Both the position numbers and the translations under genes were made by a program. From contig JAQGDQ010000744.1 in the NCBI GenBank assembly GCA_030141605.1, positions 39,110 to 103,109 of the forward strand: a stretch of 64,000 nucleotides of DNA. Reading direction: 5' to 3'. Within the stretch, counting starts at the first letter, position 1, and every line of letters starts with the position of its first letter. The notes under the pieces were generated by a model, which made no database searches, was not told the DNA's origin, and worked only from the letters and a program-made list of their open reading frames with translations. Below, piece after piece: positions 1 through 13,507 of the stretch. The stretch is from Tubiluchus corallicola (Eukaryota; Animalia; Priapulida).

Positions 1-91
1 AATAATGGCGGACAACTGCATTCATAGTGATTGATAAGGTCGGTGCAAGTGCCTCCATTCTGACATGGTGAACTATCGCACTCATCAATTT
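1..91 (-). CDS. Calcium-binding EGF exon (partial) of the EGF/pentraxin gene
   Basis: Acceptor ctttcag, phase 1; [30 protein letters not shown]. Confidence 0.9.
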
Positions 92-2392
92 CTGAAAGAC
101 ATCAGGTGCAAAATAATACAGCAATGTTCTCGATCTGGACTTACATGGTGTTTTAGAAAAAACAGTTTTGCAAATACGTACTGATATGTATGTAATGGAA
201 TATACAAAAACCAATTTATATAATAGGAAAAGTGGATTTATGCAAAAATAACATAATTATACTAATTTATTGACAAGTGCTATTCAAAGCACCCGGCTTG
301 ATGGACTTATAGCTTTTTTCATAACATTCAGATCGTTTCCGTTTACATCTGCAAGTTAACAGCACATGTCTCCCAATTTCTAGAAAAGTGCACTTCAGCA
401 AGTTATGAGAAAGGCAGGAAATCCGTTTTTATTTGCCAGCAAGCAACAGTTTGATGAATTATCTAAAAATGTGGAACGAAAGCACTTTAATTCCTTCGGG
501 ACCGCACCACTCAAAATAAGTCTCATAAGACTTATGACTTTTCTGCTACTGTACGATCACACAAACCTAGCAAAATGATTACAAATCAGGTACTGTTCTA
601 CTCAGGAGCATCTCGGCTGTAGTGTAAGCCATAGCCAAAATCAGAGAACCATAGATAACCATTGTTCACTATTTACTAGGATTGACTTGACAGTGGTGTG
701 ATGTTGTGCACGCCTGAGCAGGACAATGGACATAGCAACCTATTATATGGAACTGTAGATAAACACTTTTCTAAAAATGTACAATAAATTAATCTAGTTT
801 AAACTTTATTTAATGTGTACATTGTATACAAGAGATCAGCTATCTCGATATTTGTTTAAGCATTTATAGGTGGTTTAATTGAATAAAATTAAGAGCACAT
901 GCTCTTTTAAGGCACTCCAACTTGTACACACTACTTTATCGAGGACCTGTTTGAAACAGACCAAGAGAACTGTCTGCTGGTCCAGGAAAAGCCAATCGAT
1001 CAGCCAAGAACAAATTAAGGTCGTCTCACCTTTTAACAGGAATTTCAGCTTAAAGATAGAGTAGACTTGACACAAAAATTGCATCACCGCGTTGTGTCTG
1101 TATAGTTGAAATTTCTGCATTAGTGGATTTCATACAAGTTACATTGTTACGGTGCAAGCACCGCAGCTACTGAGTTTTTTTTGAATTTTTTCAACAAAAA
1201 TCGATTTTTAACTTGTCTAAGGTAAGCAAAGGCAATTCATATATAATTTCGCATGAAAGCCCAATGTGTGCGGAGTAAAAACCTGCAAAAATTATCAAAT
1301 ATAATGTAATCATTGCTTAGTGAAAGGAGTTTTTCATAAAAATGCAGTAAACTCTTACGGTGGTGAAGGAGTTAAAAGGTAGTTTATTAATGTGCAAAAG
1401 AAAAAAATTTAAAGAAGCTTTGAAATTAATGGACTTTCTAGGTTGCACTAAATTAGGACTGAAAATGTGCTGCCCGTGCACATTACTTGTTTTCAAAAAA
1501 AATAGAGGACTTGCTAGGTTCCTGGATGCGCTCAAATGTGACAGGGTCACCAGTCACACTACTGGTTAATCCTTCAGATGCACAGAAGCAGTGCAAACGG
1601 CTGCAATTACAGCATCACATATATTACATCATTGCCCCTAAAGGGCAGAACAGCATACCTAGTTGTTCACCTAAATAGCAGTGTTTGATGATTAGCCAAA
1701 AGAGATGCTCAGGTAGACCTGCTAAGTTAACCTAAATTTGTCTGAAAATTTAAGCAAAAAAATGGACTTACTAGATTTTTAAATTGTCGCATAATAACCT
1801 TTGCATCATCAAATCATTTGGTAAGATACAGCATAGGACTAAGAATGCTCTAATACCAATAACTCGGTTTTGCCTAAAATGGATTCACTAGACTTTTCGT
1901 GAAAATGGTAGATACTTCCATCAGTTATTTTAGTATAATCTCTTATTAAATTACATAATACTGAATGGTATTAATTATGATTGTGACTCAATTAGCATGT
2001 TTCTTCTGAACTGTTTCTTCTGGAACACCCTGTAGATAATAGATTAATGATTAACCGAAAAAGTCGCAACTGAACAGGATTCTAAAAAAGTGAAACTTAA
2101 TTTGACCTACGAACCAATTATTTCAAGCACAGGTTACTCCAACAGAATAAGAATTACAATTTGTTTTGCTTTCAATGCAGACAAGAATTCCTTCGTAAAT
2201 GACAGGATGTCAAAAGACCAATAGTCTACCATCCTATACAGTACAGTGCACCAAATAATTTTTTGCAATAAATTTATGAGCCATTAGTACAAGCTGCATA
2301 GGAACTGAACAATTCAATTTATTCAACAATCGTTTCACTCCACACAGAGCACTGTCAATGCTGATGAAAATTAGTATCCCGATTAGCATTGT

Positions 2393-2740
2393 ATGTTTAC
2401 TTTTAAGATACCAATTTTTGTCAACACTGACAATGTTCTTCAGAAACAATGGCGGCTCGTGCATAGGTACTGTATGCTTGGAAAGGTAGTTTACAGCATA
2501 GAAAAAAAACTTTGTAAATGTGGTAAAGATATTGCAGAACACATAATATTAAGTTGTGAATTTTACACACAGATGAGAAACAACGTCCCTTGGCAAGGAG
2601 TAACTGATGAAAAATGCTTGAGATAGCTGTTATTTGGAGAGGGAAAAATTTATGCAGTCTGCCTACCGAAGGACATAATGGTTAAAAGAAGAAGCATTGA
2701 AAACTCAGTTTCATTCATTATTATTGATAATATTCAATAT
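2393..2740 (+). mobile_element. Degenerate 3' fragment of a non-LTR retrotransposon (C-terminal CCHC knuckle)
   Basis: KLCKCGKDIAEHIILSCEFY resembles the C-x-C...EH...C motif at LINE ORF2 C-termini; stop follows shortly. Confidence 0.4.
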
Positions 2741-3297
2741 AATAACCTTTTTCTTTAGTTCTTTCTTTATATTTGTGCGGAACTGGAGCACGCGAGGGAA
2801 GTAAAATTTGCTTTACAGCACAAGTAATGTGGTGTTTGTTTGGCTGCTCTACGCATGAAGCCATGCGCAAGTCTGAGATAAGACACTGTACTTTAGGTAG
2901 AAAGAGTACTGTCGCTCACTGCAGTACGTGTTGTCAGTTGTCATGAGCTTAAAGCCGTATATTGGCATATTCTTGAACTGCGACAATTTAGGCTGTTCAT
3001 AAGAAAATGATATTTATTGATTATGAGTTTATCAAGGTTATGTATAAATTAGTTTGTTTGTTTAAAATCACAATTACAACATTATAATTACATATGTTTG
3101 TTTTGTTTTACACAGTATTAAAACAATGGCTAAAAAATTTTTTATTTTGCAGCACCCCCACTAATTTTAGCGACGAGCCGCCACTGTTGATGAAGCAAAA
3201 CCTTTGTCAAATCAAGAAAGAATCTTAAAAGCCCAGAATTATTAGATGATAATAAAATCTTAAGATCATCAATTGGATTGTAAATTATATTATATAC

Positions 3298-3408
3298 CTA
3301 TTTCACAGTTTATACCAGAAAACCCAGGAATGCAAGTGCAGGTATAACTGTTCAAACTGTCAACACAAGAAGCACCATTCAGACATGGATTGGACTCACA
3401 CGTATTGT
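3298..3408 (-). CDS. EGF exon
   Basis: cag/gtatat boundaries, 111 nt, phase 1-1; [37 protein letters not shown]. Confidence 0.92.
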
Positions 3409-4706
3409 CTGCAAAAACAAACTGCTTACTGAAGTGCATAACACAAATCACTGCAATGACTGTTCAGGTTATGACTTTTCATGCAAAGTAAAAATTGTCT
3501 GGCAGTTGTAAGCAAAAGTGTAAGTAAACTGTCGACAAGGCGACTTTAGAAAGAAAGCTAACTTTCTCAGCGGAGATAAAAGTGCAAATTAGTAAGGTCT
3601 AATAAATGTTTCTCCCTGACCATGAAAAAATCAAACGGTAAAAACAGTCACCAATCAGATTAGTAGCATGATGGCAAGACAGACAAGTTCGAACACTAAC
3701 TCGTTAGAGGACATTTTATTTCTCTCCTTTGTTAAAGAAAATGTTTTAATTGTTACACTACATCATACTTTGAGTGGCATATGAGAAAATCAGATAATCA
3801 TTATATTCCTGTTTCTGTCTTTATGGAAGCATGATAATAACACGCATAAAATGGTAACACTGTTTTCGAGATATCTTGTAGCACTGCTAGGAATCTTGAA
3901 TCACATTCCTGAGCAATGTTAATGCACTTAGCTGTTCTTGTCACAGAAGATTACATCTAGCTTACCTTTCAAACCACATTATGAACAAAAACAAAACACA
4001 TTAAAGCACAAGAAAGCCCTCCACTTACATAAAGCTTAAAAAATTTGTCTTGAAATTTTATACCACTTGCCTTTTTGCATATTAGACTTGCGTCGGCAAT
4101 AATGCTGTATTAAAAATGTAAATTTAAACTCACGCGATGAATGTTTGACGCAGCCGATTTGACGATAAGTCATTTGAAAAAAGTTTAGATAACATTCTAT
4201 AAAATTTGAAAAAATAATCAAGCATTCGTAGCCCACACATCACTAATTAACTGAAATTTAAAATTACTGTATTTTGTCAATAAAATTAAAAATACATTTT
4301 TCGTTAGTAAGTGGTGCACCCTGGAGGGTGAGTCAATGACATTTTACCAATTGGCGAGAGCATTTTAAATAATTAATAATTTTCTTTTCTAGTTACATAA
4401 GGCTTTCAAGCAGGTAAGCAAAATGCTAAGTAATATCATTTTGCATGGAATGTTTTGGGACATAGTTTAACAGTTACTTTTCTTCTCCTGATTTGCGTTG
4501 TGCGTAAATGATGTTATGTAATGGTGGATATTAATAGAATGGTCGGAATAGAGTCGCGGGAAGTTCAAAATGAAAACAAACAAAAATCCTTTCAACGCGA
4601 GTACGATATATGCATAAAATTGCTCTAAAGTAATTTAATTCCTTAAGGCAATTTTTCTGAAACCTACTTTAGGTACCACTTTTCTTGTCCTTTAAGTATA
4701 CCTCAC

Positions 4707-4817
4707 CTAGACATAGACTCGCTTGACCTTGCAATGAAGCCACTCCCATTGGCGCTGTGAGCTGCAGGTTATCCTCAGTGATGTTTAAAGATTTAGTTTG
4801 CTTTTCTTGTTGCTGAA
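4707..4817 (-). CDS. Pentraxin repeat 2, exon 5 (C-terminal part)
   Basis: ttttag/gtgag, 111 nt, phase 1-1; QQQEKQTKSLNITEDNLQLTAPMGVASLQGQASLCL. Confidence 0.75.
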
Positions 4818-6100
4818 CTAAAAGTATGTGAACAGTTTTTAACCAACTAGCAATTGCTAATCAAACTGTACTCAAGATACAATAATCGATATAAATCCTC
4901 AAGATACTTTTCTTAATGTAAAATGTAAAATCTAAACAAAATAAAAATCAGTTTTCATATGTGCACAAAAATGCCCTCGAAACCACCTGTTCCATCTCAA
5001 AGTTTTCCTAGTACACTATTTGAAGCACTTTGTATGCAGCTTCAGTGAACACAAAAACTCATAGTCTTTCCCAGAGCTATTTCTATATGACATGTTTTAC
5101 CAGTACCATTTTTGTCAAATGGTCACACCCGCAGGTTCAACTGAAACCGTAAATCTAGCTAGTGTCCACTTAAACTGAGGAATTATATACTTATTAATCA
5201 ATTTTAAAGAGATGGGCAATAATTTAACACCGAATGTCCTGGAGATTTTGGTAAATATGTCTTGAGACCAGCAGAAGTCATCTGTACACAAGTCCCATGG
5301 CCGACACATTAAGCTTCGCATATTTGCTACATCTCCATATTAATCAAACCTTGTATAAATTCCAAGCTGACATATGCAGTTAGCGAAGTAATGCAAAAGT
5401 GTAGTGTATCTCGAGTAGCATGAATTAACCTAGTTGTCTAGGTAGCATATAAATTGCCAAATTACAAAATGTTTTACGTACATTACCACGAGATTGATGC
5501 CATTTTATAACATTCTCGCAGGCGTATGCTAGATTTGAATCGTTCCGCTTACTCGCATAGAACGAACTATTTTAAAAAGGCAAAATTGCAAAATAATTTT
5601 TGAAAAAAATCTGACAAAATATGAATATATTTGACAAAACGTAAGCGGTTAATATGTCAATAGTTTTTACACAAAATTCAACAAAGATACTGATTTTCGC
5701 TTGTTAAAAGCTCTGTTGTACACACTTCTTATGACGATGTTGGATACAATTACTTATTAGCCATGCATCATGGGTGTACTGACAGCACAACAACCAAAAA
5801 ATAAAAACAGTGCCATGTGGGAGATATTTGGGAATTTAAGTGGAAATTGGGCAGAAAATTCCCAGATATGTGTATAAGGCAAAATATGCTATATAATGTT
5901 GTCAAATTAATAATAAATAATAATAATAATAACTAATACAAACATAATTTTGTATAGGATTCTCCAAGGATTGTGGGAACAGGCAGCCTGTCTCGATTTT
6001 CAGTAGAAAAAATTGCAAAATGTGAGCCAATGAACAATTTGCCAAGTTAAATGCATTGACTATATTGATACAAAACCGCTAGTGTGAATACGAAACATAC

Positions 6101-6274
6101 AGGCTTCACTGCTACTCCCATCAAAAAATCTAGTGGTAGTAAAACTGATGTCTTTCACTGCTCCAACAAAGTTTTGTGAAGGCACAAATTTGCCGCCCAG
6201 ACTTTGCTGATACTGTCCAAAAACCAGTTGACCAAAACCAACTATTGGCTGAAGCATCTTGCCTGGCAAACCCG
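6101..6274 (-). CDS. Pentraxin repeat 2, exon 4
   Basis: ttttctag/gtatgt, 174 nt, phase 1-1; GQLVFGQYQQSLGGKFVPSQNFVGAVKDI matches the pentraxin LGQEQD..GG.F...QSF.G motif. Confidence 0.88.
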
Positions 6275-7579
6275 CTAGAAAATCCAAAACACAGAAGTAA
6301 GAAAACTGGACAACAAATTTGGTTACAGACACGCGTTTAGTCAACCGAATATTCAGCAATATTCAAACATTCCAAGTTGTACTAGTTGGTCTACAATCTC
6401 GACTTGTTTGATGTTTTTACCCGTTTTTCTGTATGGTGCAATCCAAAATCCTGCACTCCATGACTAACGTTGATTAGTATGGCTGGACAGTGGACCCCAG
6501 GCCATCATCACAGCTAAACTTCTGATGAAATAGAGGACTGACAGAAGTATCTTAGCTGAAGTATATTCAGGTGAGTACACCTCCATCAATGAGAAAAATA
6601 ACTGAAGGCAATATGGCTCCCAAACCTTATTTTCTTAGTAGTCACCCATGCATATACCAGCTAGACCCAAATAATCGCTTACCTTCAGTCACTAACCACA
6701 CACGTTGTAATTATTCGCCCATGTTTCTCACCCAAAAAAGTTTACGCCTATAATTTAGCGGAAAAACAGTACTTCTGTTGGCTTTGGCATGATGCATCAT
6801 TGCGATCACGGTAAAACGTTACAAGAAAAACTGTGGCAAACAGTAACAAGTTTGATGAGTAAAAGTCTAGACTCCAAACCGTGTTGTTAGTTGGAAAAAA
6901 CTACAACATGGGTTTTGATGTCAGGGATCCTATCAATTATTATTACTAAAACTCAATACAGAAATTGTTAATAAAAGCACTAATTATTGTAACGCAAACA
7001 CGAAAACAATTCAAAAAAGATTCTCTAAAGCAAACCGAAAATGTATCTGTTTTTATGAAAATGACAATTTACATCTGGGCACAGTATGAGACTAATATCA
7101 GTAATGTATAGCACTAATGACTGTAATATAATGACAGTTTTTTACAAAGCTAAAAAATAACAAAATGATTTTTCAATTTTTCAAGGCACAGCACTGTTTA
7201 AAAGATTAAGGAAAATACCAACAAAGTTCTCCCTATGATTTTGACATAATGAAATGCACACGAGTTGGAAGGACATTAATCAGAAATGGTGATGATTAGC
7301 AACAGGCGGACAGCTCACTTGGTATACTCTCATGCGGAAATCAAAAATGTTATTATTTTATGAAGCACCATAATATTATAGATAATGTTGTTATAATTAT
7401 AAAAGATGTTGTTATTTGCAAAAATGTAAAAAAGAGGTTTTAGCCAAGAAGTTAAAACAAAATTAAGTTTGTATTTAATTTTAGAAAACCTGAACATGAA
7501 TTTATTGAAGAATTGAATAGAAATGGTTAAAATGGAGTATAAAATTCAAATTGAACATCAAGACAACCTAAAACGATAC

Positions 7580-7716
7580 CTATCAAGATTCCGTCAACCG
7601 ACACAGTCAAAGTCGTGGCAATGCGGGTTAAACACAGGTTGTGAAAATTCCCATCCAAAACTGAAGGGTTGCATCTTCTTGGCCATCTTGGTACACCTGG
7701 TTTAGGAGGTCCCACT
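7580..7716 (-). CDS. Pentraxin repeat 2, exon 3
   Basis: cag/gtatcg, 137 nt, phase 2-1; SVLDGNFHNLCLTRIATTLTVSVDG (pentraxin DG.WH.C.TW motif). Confidence 0.85.
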
Positions 7717-8321
7717 CTGCATTCTTGATTAAACAGTGCACTGTAAATGAATCACATGCAGTTCATGTGAAAAACTCAGACAACAACTTCTATGCAGCAC
7801 TAAGAGCGACAACAGTTAGTGGACAATTTTAATTTTCTACTATCGATCAATTTGCGAGCTACTGCTATGTATCAGAGGAGCACTATAGCTTTAACAAAAG
7901 TAACTGTTACGGCAATACATGGTGTGATTCCCCATAGAAAATCTTTTTAAAAGGCTTTCTTTAAAGAATATACATTTGGCTCTACTACGGCAACAGCGAC
8001 AAAAAATTATATCTGCAACCTGTTATATATCTTCATCTACTGCAAAGCAAAAATGGACTGAGGTTACCTAAATGAATTTCAAGTCCATTCAGTTTGACCA
8101 AGGAAAAATAGGTCACAAGTTTTCGGGTCAGTGCATTGATCATACTCCCACGACTGCAGGATGTATGAGATGCGCGATGCCTCCTTGAAGACATGATGGA
8201 TTCTCTATTGTTCTGTACTGTTACTCGTTGAATTCTGGCCTCCTTAGCAAAATGTTATATATGAAATCATCGGGCCTGGAAATTCCAAAAAGTGGGAAAC
8301 AGTGCCAAAGAAAAGACTTAC

Positions 8322-8470
8322 CTTTTCACATAATTCTCTTCAACCCAATAACCTTTATAATTCTGTGTTATGAGACTCAATTCATTTAAACCTTCCTTGG
8401 TTCCAGTTGTATAAGAAAGCAGGGTAAATTTCCTCGGAACATCCGGGTCTATTTCTGCTGGTTTAATCCA
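8322..8470 (-). CDS. Pentraxin repeat 2, exon 2
   Basis: tttttaag/gtaagt, 149 nt, phase 0-2; WIKP...FTLLSYTTGTKEGLNELSL. Confidence 0.88.
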
Positions 8471-9513
8471 CTTAAAAAGCAATCATATTAAACAAAGTTA
8501 GGTCACAAAATAATCAATAACATGCCATCAGGCACTTTTTCAAAAATTTGAATACCTACCTATAACAATTTTGTTAGACAAATATACCTACTACATATAT
8601 ATATATATATATTTATTTATTTAGCTGACAGAGATAAGCACTTTAGTCTCGAATTTTTTCTTAAAAAACAGAGCAGGAGGGAAAACAGTAGTATGGAGAG
8701 TTAAAGTACTGAAGTAAAAAAAGAGCAAAACAGTCACTCAGAAATCAAAATAACACATCACAAGCAATTAACACACCTTAAACACAGTACAAATACTTAG
8801 TTAACTTTCAATTTAAACTTTTAAACAAGTGATCTTGGAGAACAACACAATTTGGTTTAATCGTATGTGACGTTGAGAAAAAACGTGTTTAAGTGTTTAA
8901 CGAGAGATTTCAGGGCTGCGTTGAGAAAAGACTTCCAGCATTAAAGGAAAGGATAAGTAACTTAGTATGTTGGATTTACTTTACTGTTATAACTAAAAGT
9001 TGCAAGAACTGCCTGCAAAGTATAAAGTTAGTTTATACTAATGCTATATAAGAATTTCCAGTGCAGTGATAGTCACCATTCACTTGAAAATTGTAACGTA
9101 ACTGGTGGACTTCGGGGATTTTTCGTAAGTGTGCATCAGGGCTTTATGTAAGCGTGCACAGCTTAAATTAATTCAAATTGCTGTAGCTCAAACTAATGTT
9201 CAAACAAACCTATCACAACATTAGCTATCTAACTTTTTTTATATAAAGTTAATACACTTTTGACAGTGCACTGCTTTATTTCAGTGGATGGACAACATCA
9301 TTGGTGGAAGAATGGGCATTCAAAATGGGAGCACTGAAACGTGAAATTATTGCGAGTTTAAAGTGATCTAACTAATTACACGAAATGCCTATCACGCTTT
9401 TATTATTAAATCCCAACATTTTTTGCATTCATTAAAATAAGCCTAACTTCCCAGAAGGCCGTAGCATTTCCTTTAAAATGCTCAACAGAAACTACTTGCA
9501 TGAAAACACATAC

Positions 9514-9641
9514 CATGCATGCTGTAAAGTCCATTATTGTCTGCCTAATTGGCTGCTTAACATACTTGAGATGTACAGTGTCGGTGTTATTTGGAAATGT
9601 AACTTCCACTCCATTAACGCTCTCACAAGTAGCAGGTTCAC
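9514..9641 (-). CDS. Pentraxin repeat 2, exon 1
   Basis: tttttag/gtatgt, 128 nt, phase 1-0; CESVNGVEVTFPNNTDTVHLKY...IMDFTACM. Confidence 0.88.
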
Positions 9642-10012
9642 CTAAAAATTGTGCACGTACACAATAAGCTAACAAACTGCTTTTGTTTCACTTGAACAAG
9701 CAACACGAGAAATTGTTTCTTCTAAAAACAGCCACAACTACGTAAGCTAAAACATTTGTGGTGCAGGATGTACGGTAATGTGCTGTTTAAGAGCAGTAGA
9801 AAGGGTACCAGAGTGCGGGATGCATAATATGAGGCAAAGACAAAGCACGAACAATGTCGACTTAACAATCGAAGTTAAGCAATACTAAGTTTGATCAGTA
9901 AATGAATGAGACAATCCAGAAAACTGGTTCTAGTCAGTTTCATGGCCATTCTGTCTTCTGTCGTTCGTTTTATTGAAAAAGGAAGAAAGCACATCTCATT
10001 ATAGAGCAGGTA

Positions 10013-10892
10013 CAGTAGGCACCGCTTAATAGACACACAGTTAATAGACTCAATCGCTTAACTGACTGAAAACCGCCTGGAACAGGCCGCTTCTATTCAC
10101 ATACACATAGCAACTATAAGTAATTGACTCAAATAACTCTGCAAAAGTGACTCAATATTTTTCCTTCACCTACTTAGAATAAGATATTTGTATGTGCCAA
10201 AAGAGCCTTTCCTACTTTTATGTCATCTTTACTTCCCTTTTGCGCACTATGTATGCAGAAACAATCATGTTAAGTACCATTTTGTTTATAAGCAGGTACG
10301 TTTATCATGCACTAATACACTAGCGCAGTGGTTTTGCTTTGAATTGTTACCTGCGCGCCCACTGTTACCCAAAGAATTTCTAGAAGCTAAACATTTAATC
10401 ACTTGCCTATCCTAAGATGCTCTCGTTGCAAACCACGCTTTCAGGCTTAATGAGTTAACAGTCAAAGATGCAGGCACAGTATTTAGTCACACTCAACAAC
10501 AGATTTTCAACGTTTTTATAATTATGAGAACTTTGAGGGCCAACTTCTTCGCGAGAAAATGAAGCAATCGACTTTGAAGGATTTTTTGTAATTTATGTAA
10601 ATAAACAAATAAGTTTGTGATTTAGAAAAGTATAGTTTTTAATTTATTGCTAATTCACTTATATAAATTAATATTTTAAAATATTTTTCCTAATTTTTAA
10701 CTGCACAAAGGAATAATGCTTATTTAAGCATTACTTAGTTTCTAAAATTCATTAAAAACCTTTGCAGTGCATAGTAAGATGGTGACTCATACATATAACT
10801 GTAATACTACACCCATCGGTTAATAGGTTCAGTCGGTTAATTGGGTCAAAACACGTCAGTCCCAAAGTGAGTCTATTAAGCGGCGCCTACTG
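10013..10892. mobile_element. Non-autonomous pogo/Tigger (Tc1-mariner superfamily) element
   Basis: TIRs CAGTAGGCACCGCTTAATAGAC / GTCTATTAAGCGGCGCCTACTG with TA on both sides; same family as 34061-35259. Confidence 0.85.
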
Positions 10893-11649
10893 TACCCGGA
10901 AACAATAGGAGCTGAAGACGCCCATAAGCAGTTTTTCCCTGTGATCACTAATCCATTTACCAGGTAAGCTCAATGTTGCATAGCTTTGGTTGCCAAGCAA
11001 ATGTTGTGACCACTCGACTATTTCCCTGTAAGATTAAAACTTAAATAGCAATTAAGAGTACAAATCCATAAAATAGTCCATAAAATAAGACCACATTAAT
11101 TTCTTTATTATTGAGTAAGTAAGTTACTATAATAAGTAAGTTACTTATTCAATAATGAAAAATAGCAGATTTCTTCTTTGTAAATCGCAAATTATCATTA
11201 TTTAAATGGTGAAATAAACCAATATTTTTTAAGTTATCGAATCCAGGTATAGTTAAAAATGACATATCAGAAATTAAAATCAAACCTGCCATTTTGAACC
11301 AGGACGTTTAATACTGAGTAATAAGTTTTATACTTCATACTGATAACTAGATCATTCAACTCTTGGTTTTGCCAGTTTTCATTCAGCCAAAATAGGTTTT
11401 GATTCAATTTTATTAGGTTGCCAGTCATTCCAACAAATAATTTCACGTACAAACTTACTTGTGCCACAGTAATTTCAAATAATGAAACTAATGTTTTTAT
11501 AATAAATAAACTAAATGAATGATTAACAACCCAAGAAGCCACAAGCTTTTTCTCTATAATTATATTGTAGAAAAAGGGGTTCTATTTTATAAATACGTTG
11601 TTGTCAACACCTGATGATGACTTCCATTACCTTACCTTAGGCTTAGACC

Positions 11650-13338
11650 TTAGTCCTTCCTGCGCATTGATGCACATTGGGCAGACAGCATTTTCCACTG
11701 AGTTCTATCGGCGGCTTCGTTCTCTACGTTTTCCCAACATCTGTTGACAGCTCGAAGGTCTTCTTTGAAGGATCTGCGCCACGTTGTTTTTGGCCGACCT
11801 CTTTTTCGTTTCCCACCAGGTGGTTCCCACTGTACTGCTGTTTTGGCGTAGCGACTTTCTGATAGACGGAGAATATGTCCAGCCAGTTTCATTCTTCTCT
11901 CTGTAACTATATCTTGTAACCGCAATGACTGCGCTCGTTGAAGAACTTCTACATTGGTGACATGATCGCGGTAGGAGATTTTTAGTATCTTTCGAAGGCA
12001 TTTTTGGTGGAAGACGTTCAGTTTCTTTGATAACTCCGCTGTGACTTTCCAGGTTTCGCTGGCATAGAGAGCCGTTGGCAGCACAATGGCGTTGTACAGA
12101 CGAAGTTTGATTTTCATGTCAATTTTCTTGCTTGTCCAGATTTTTCCCATCTTCCTAAATACTGCTGTTGCTTTGCCGATTCTCCCCCTGATGTCATTTT
12201 CTGTACCTCCATTACAGGTCATCACACTGCCCAGATATGAAAAACTGGTAACGTTCTTAACCATTTGGCCTCCCACTGTTATATGTACATCATTCTGTTG
12301 GTTTGTCCACACTTTCAAAACTTTGGTCTTTTCTTGACTAATTCTTAATCCAATTTTTCCCGCTACTTCTTCCATACTTGTGGTCAGTTGTTGCAGGCTT
12401 TCTTTTGATGTTTCCAGAAGAGCTATATCGTCAGCAAAGTCCAGATCTGCCAATCGTTGTTGTTGTTTCCATTGCATTCCTAGATCTTTACCATCAACCG
12501 CCTTGTTCATGATGAAATCAATCGTCAGTAGGAACAGGAATGGCGACATAATGCAACCCTGCTTAACTCCAGTTTCGATGGTGAGATACTCGGTGTTTCC
12601 CTCTTGTGTTCTTATACAACAGCCGCTGTTTTGGTAAAAGTTCTGGATGGTTGAAATAAATTTCTGTGGGATACCATACAGAGAAGCAATTTTCCATAGA
12701 GACTGCCTGTGAACAGAGTCAAAAGCCTTCTTGAAATCAATAAAATTGATTAATAAGGGCTGTTGGAATTCCATACATTGCTCAATGATGTTTCTGAGAG
12801 TGAATATCTGTTCACAGCATGATCTTCCTTTTCTAAATCCAGCTTGTTGTTCTCTTAGTCTTATATCAACAGCATCTCTCAACCGATCTAGCAGCACTAT
12901 ACTCAGGACTTTTCCAGGTATTGACATCAGAGTTATTCCTCTCCAATTATTGCAATCTGTCAGGTTCCCTTTTTTAGGCAACTTCACGATGACTCCATTT
13001 CTCCAATCTTCGGGGACCTTTTGTTGTTCCCAGCAGCTGTTCAGGAGCTTTGTCATTGATCGTGTTATCCCTTTATTACCGTGTTTCAGGAGCTCAGCTG
13101 TTATTTGGTCCTCTCCTGCTGCTTTGTTGTTCTTTAGTTTTTTGATGGCAGTTTCGACTTCCAGTTCACTGATGTTGTCCAATCTTACATCTAGCTGTTG
13201 TTGTCCAATTTCATTCTCAAAGTTGAATAATGTTGTTGGGTTTGGATGGTTGAGAACTTCCTTGAAGTGTTCCACCCATCGTGCGTTTTGCTGTTCTGTT
13301 GTTGTGAGAGTCACACCACTTTTGTCCTTGATTGGCAC
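11650..13338 (-). CDS. RTE-type reverse transcriptase (no APE endonuclease; GTG-started ORF, frame open about 30 codons further upstream)
   Basis: KAAGED, NWRGITL, QAGFRKGRS, FIDFKKAFDSV, GVKQGCIMSP, DFADD, FSYLGS, GHILR, RGRPKTTW motifs; no stops in 562 codons. Confidence 0.93.
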   Translation of the reverse strand: MPIKDKSGVTLTTTEQQNARWVEHFKEVLNHPNPTTLFNFENEIGQQQLDVRLDNISELEVETAIKKLKNNKAAGEDQITAELLKHGNKGITRSMTKLLNSCWEQQKVPEDWRNGVIVKLPKKGNLTDCNNWRGITLMSIPGKVLSIVLLDRLRDAVDIRLREQQAGFRKGRSCCEQIFTLRNIIEQCMEFQQPLLINFIDFKKAFDSVHRQSLWKIASLYGIPQKFISTIQNFYQNSGCCIRTQEGNTEYLTIETGVKQGCIMSPFLFLLTIDFIMNKAVDGKDLGMQWKQQQRLADLDFADDIALLETSKESLQQLTTSMEEVAGKIGLRISQEKTKVLKVWTNQQNDVHITVGGQMVKNVTSFSYLGSVMTCNGGTENDIRGRIGKATAVFRKMGKIWTSKKIDMKIKLRLYNAIVLPTALYASETWKVTAELSKKLNVFHQKCLRKILKISYRDHVTNVEVLQRAQSLRLQDIVTERRMKLAGHILRLSESRYAKTAVQWEPPGGKRKRGRPKTTWRRSFKEDLRAVNRCWENVENEAADRTQWKMLSAQCASMRRKD

Positions 13339-13454
13339 AGCTGGGGTGCCTCCTGTTAAACTTTCTGCTTTGTGCCGAATTGTGTCAGTAGATTTGTTTC
13401 TGTCTGTTTCTGTAGCAATTGAGAACTTTTACAGGATAGGGGTGCTAACCCTAA

Positions 13455-13507
13455 GCCCAACCCTCCTCCTCTCTCAACCGGGCTTGGGACCGGTTATGGC
13501 GGAGTTA
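13455..13507 (-). ncRNA. Twister ribozyme (type P1-like core) at the 5' end of the RTE element
   Basis: Minus-strand RNA U^AA-CUCC-GCC-AUAA-CCGG-UCCCAAGC-CCGG-UUGAGAGA-GGAG-GAGGG: P2 CUCC/GGAG, P4 AACCGG/CCGGUU, loop UCCCAAGC and 3' GAGGG pseudoknot partner match the twister consensus as recalled; predicted cut between 13507 and 13506; P1 not formed. Confidence 0.85.

Noticed and set aside
6421-6555. Possible extra minus-strand exon
   Set aside because: The phase-1-ending frame contains a stop, and the pentraxin domain is complete by joining 7580 to 6274
8068-8275. Short open stretches with GT/AG on the minus strand
   Set aside because: No domain similarity and not needed; exon 8322 (phase 2) joins exon 7716 directly as in the paralogous repeat
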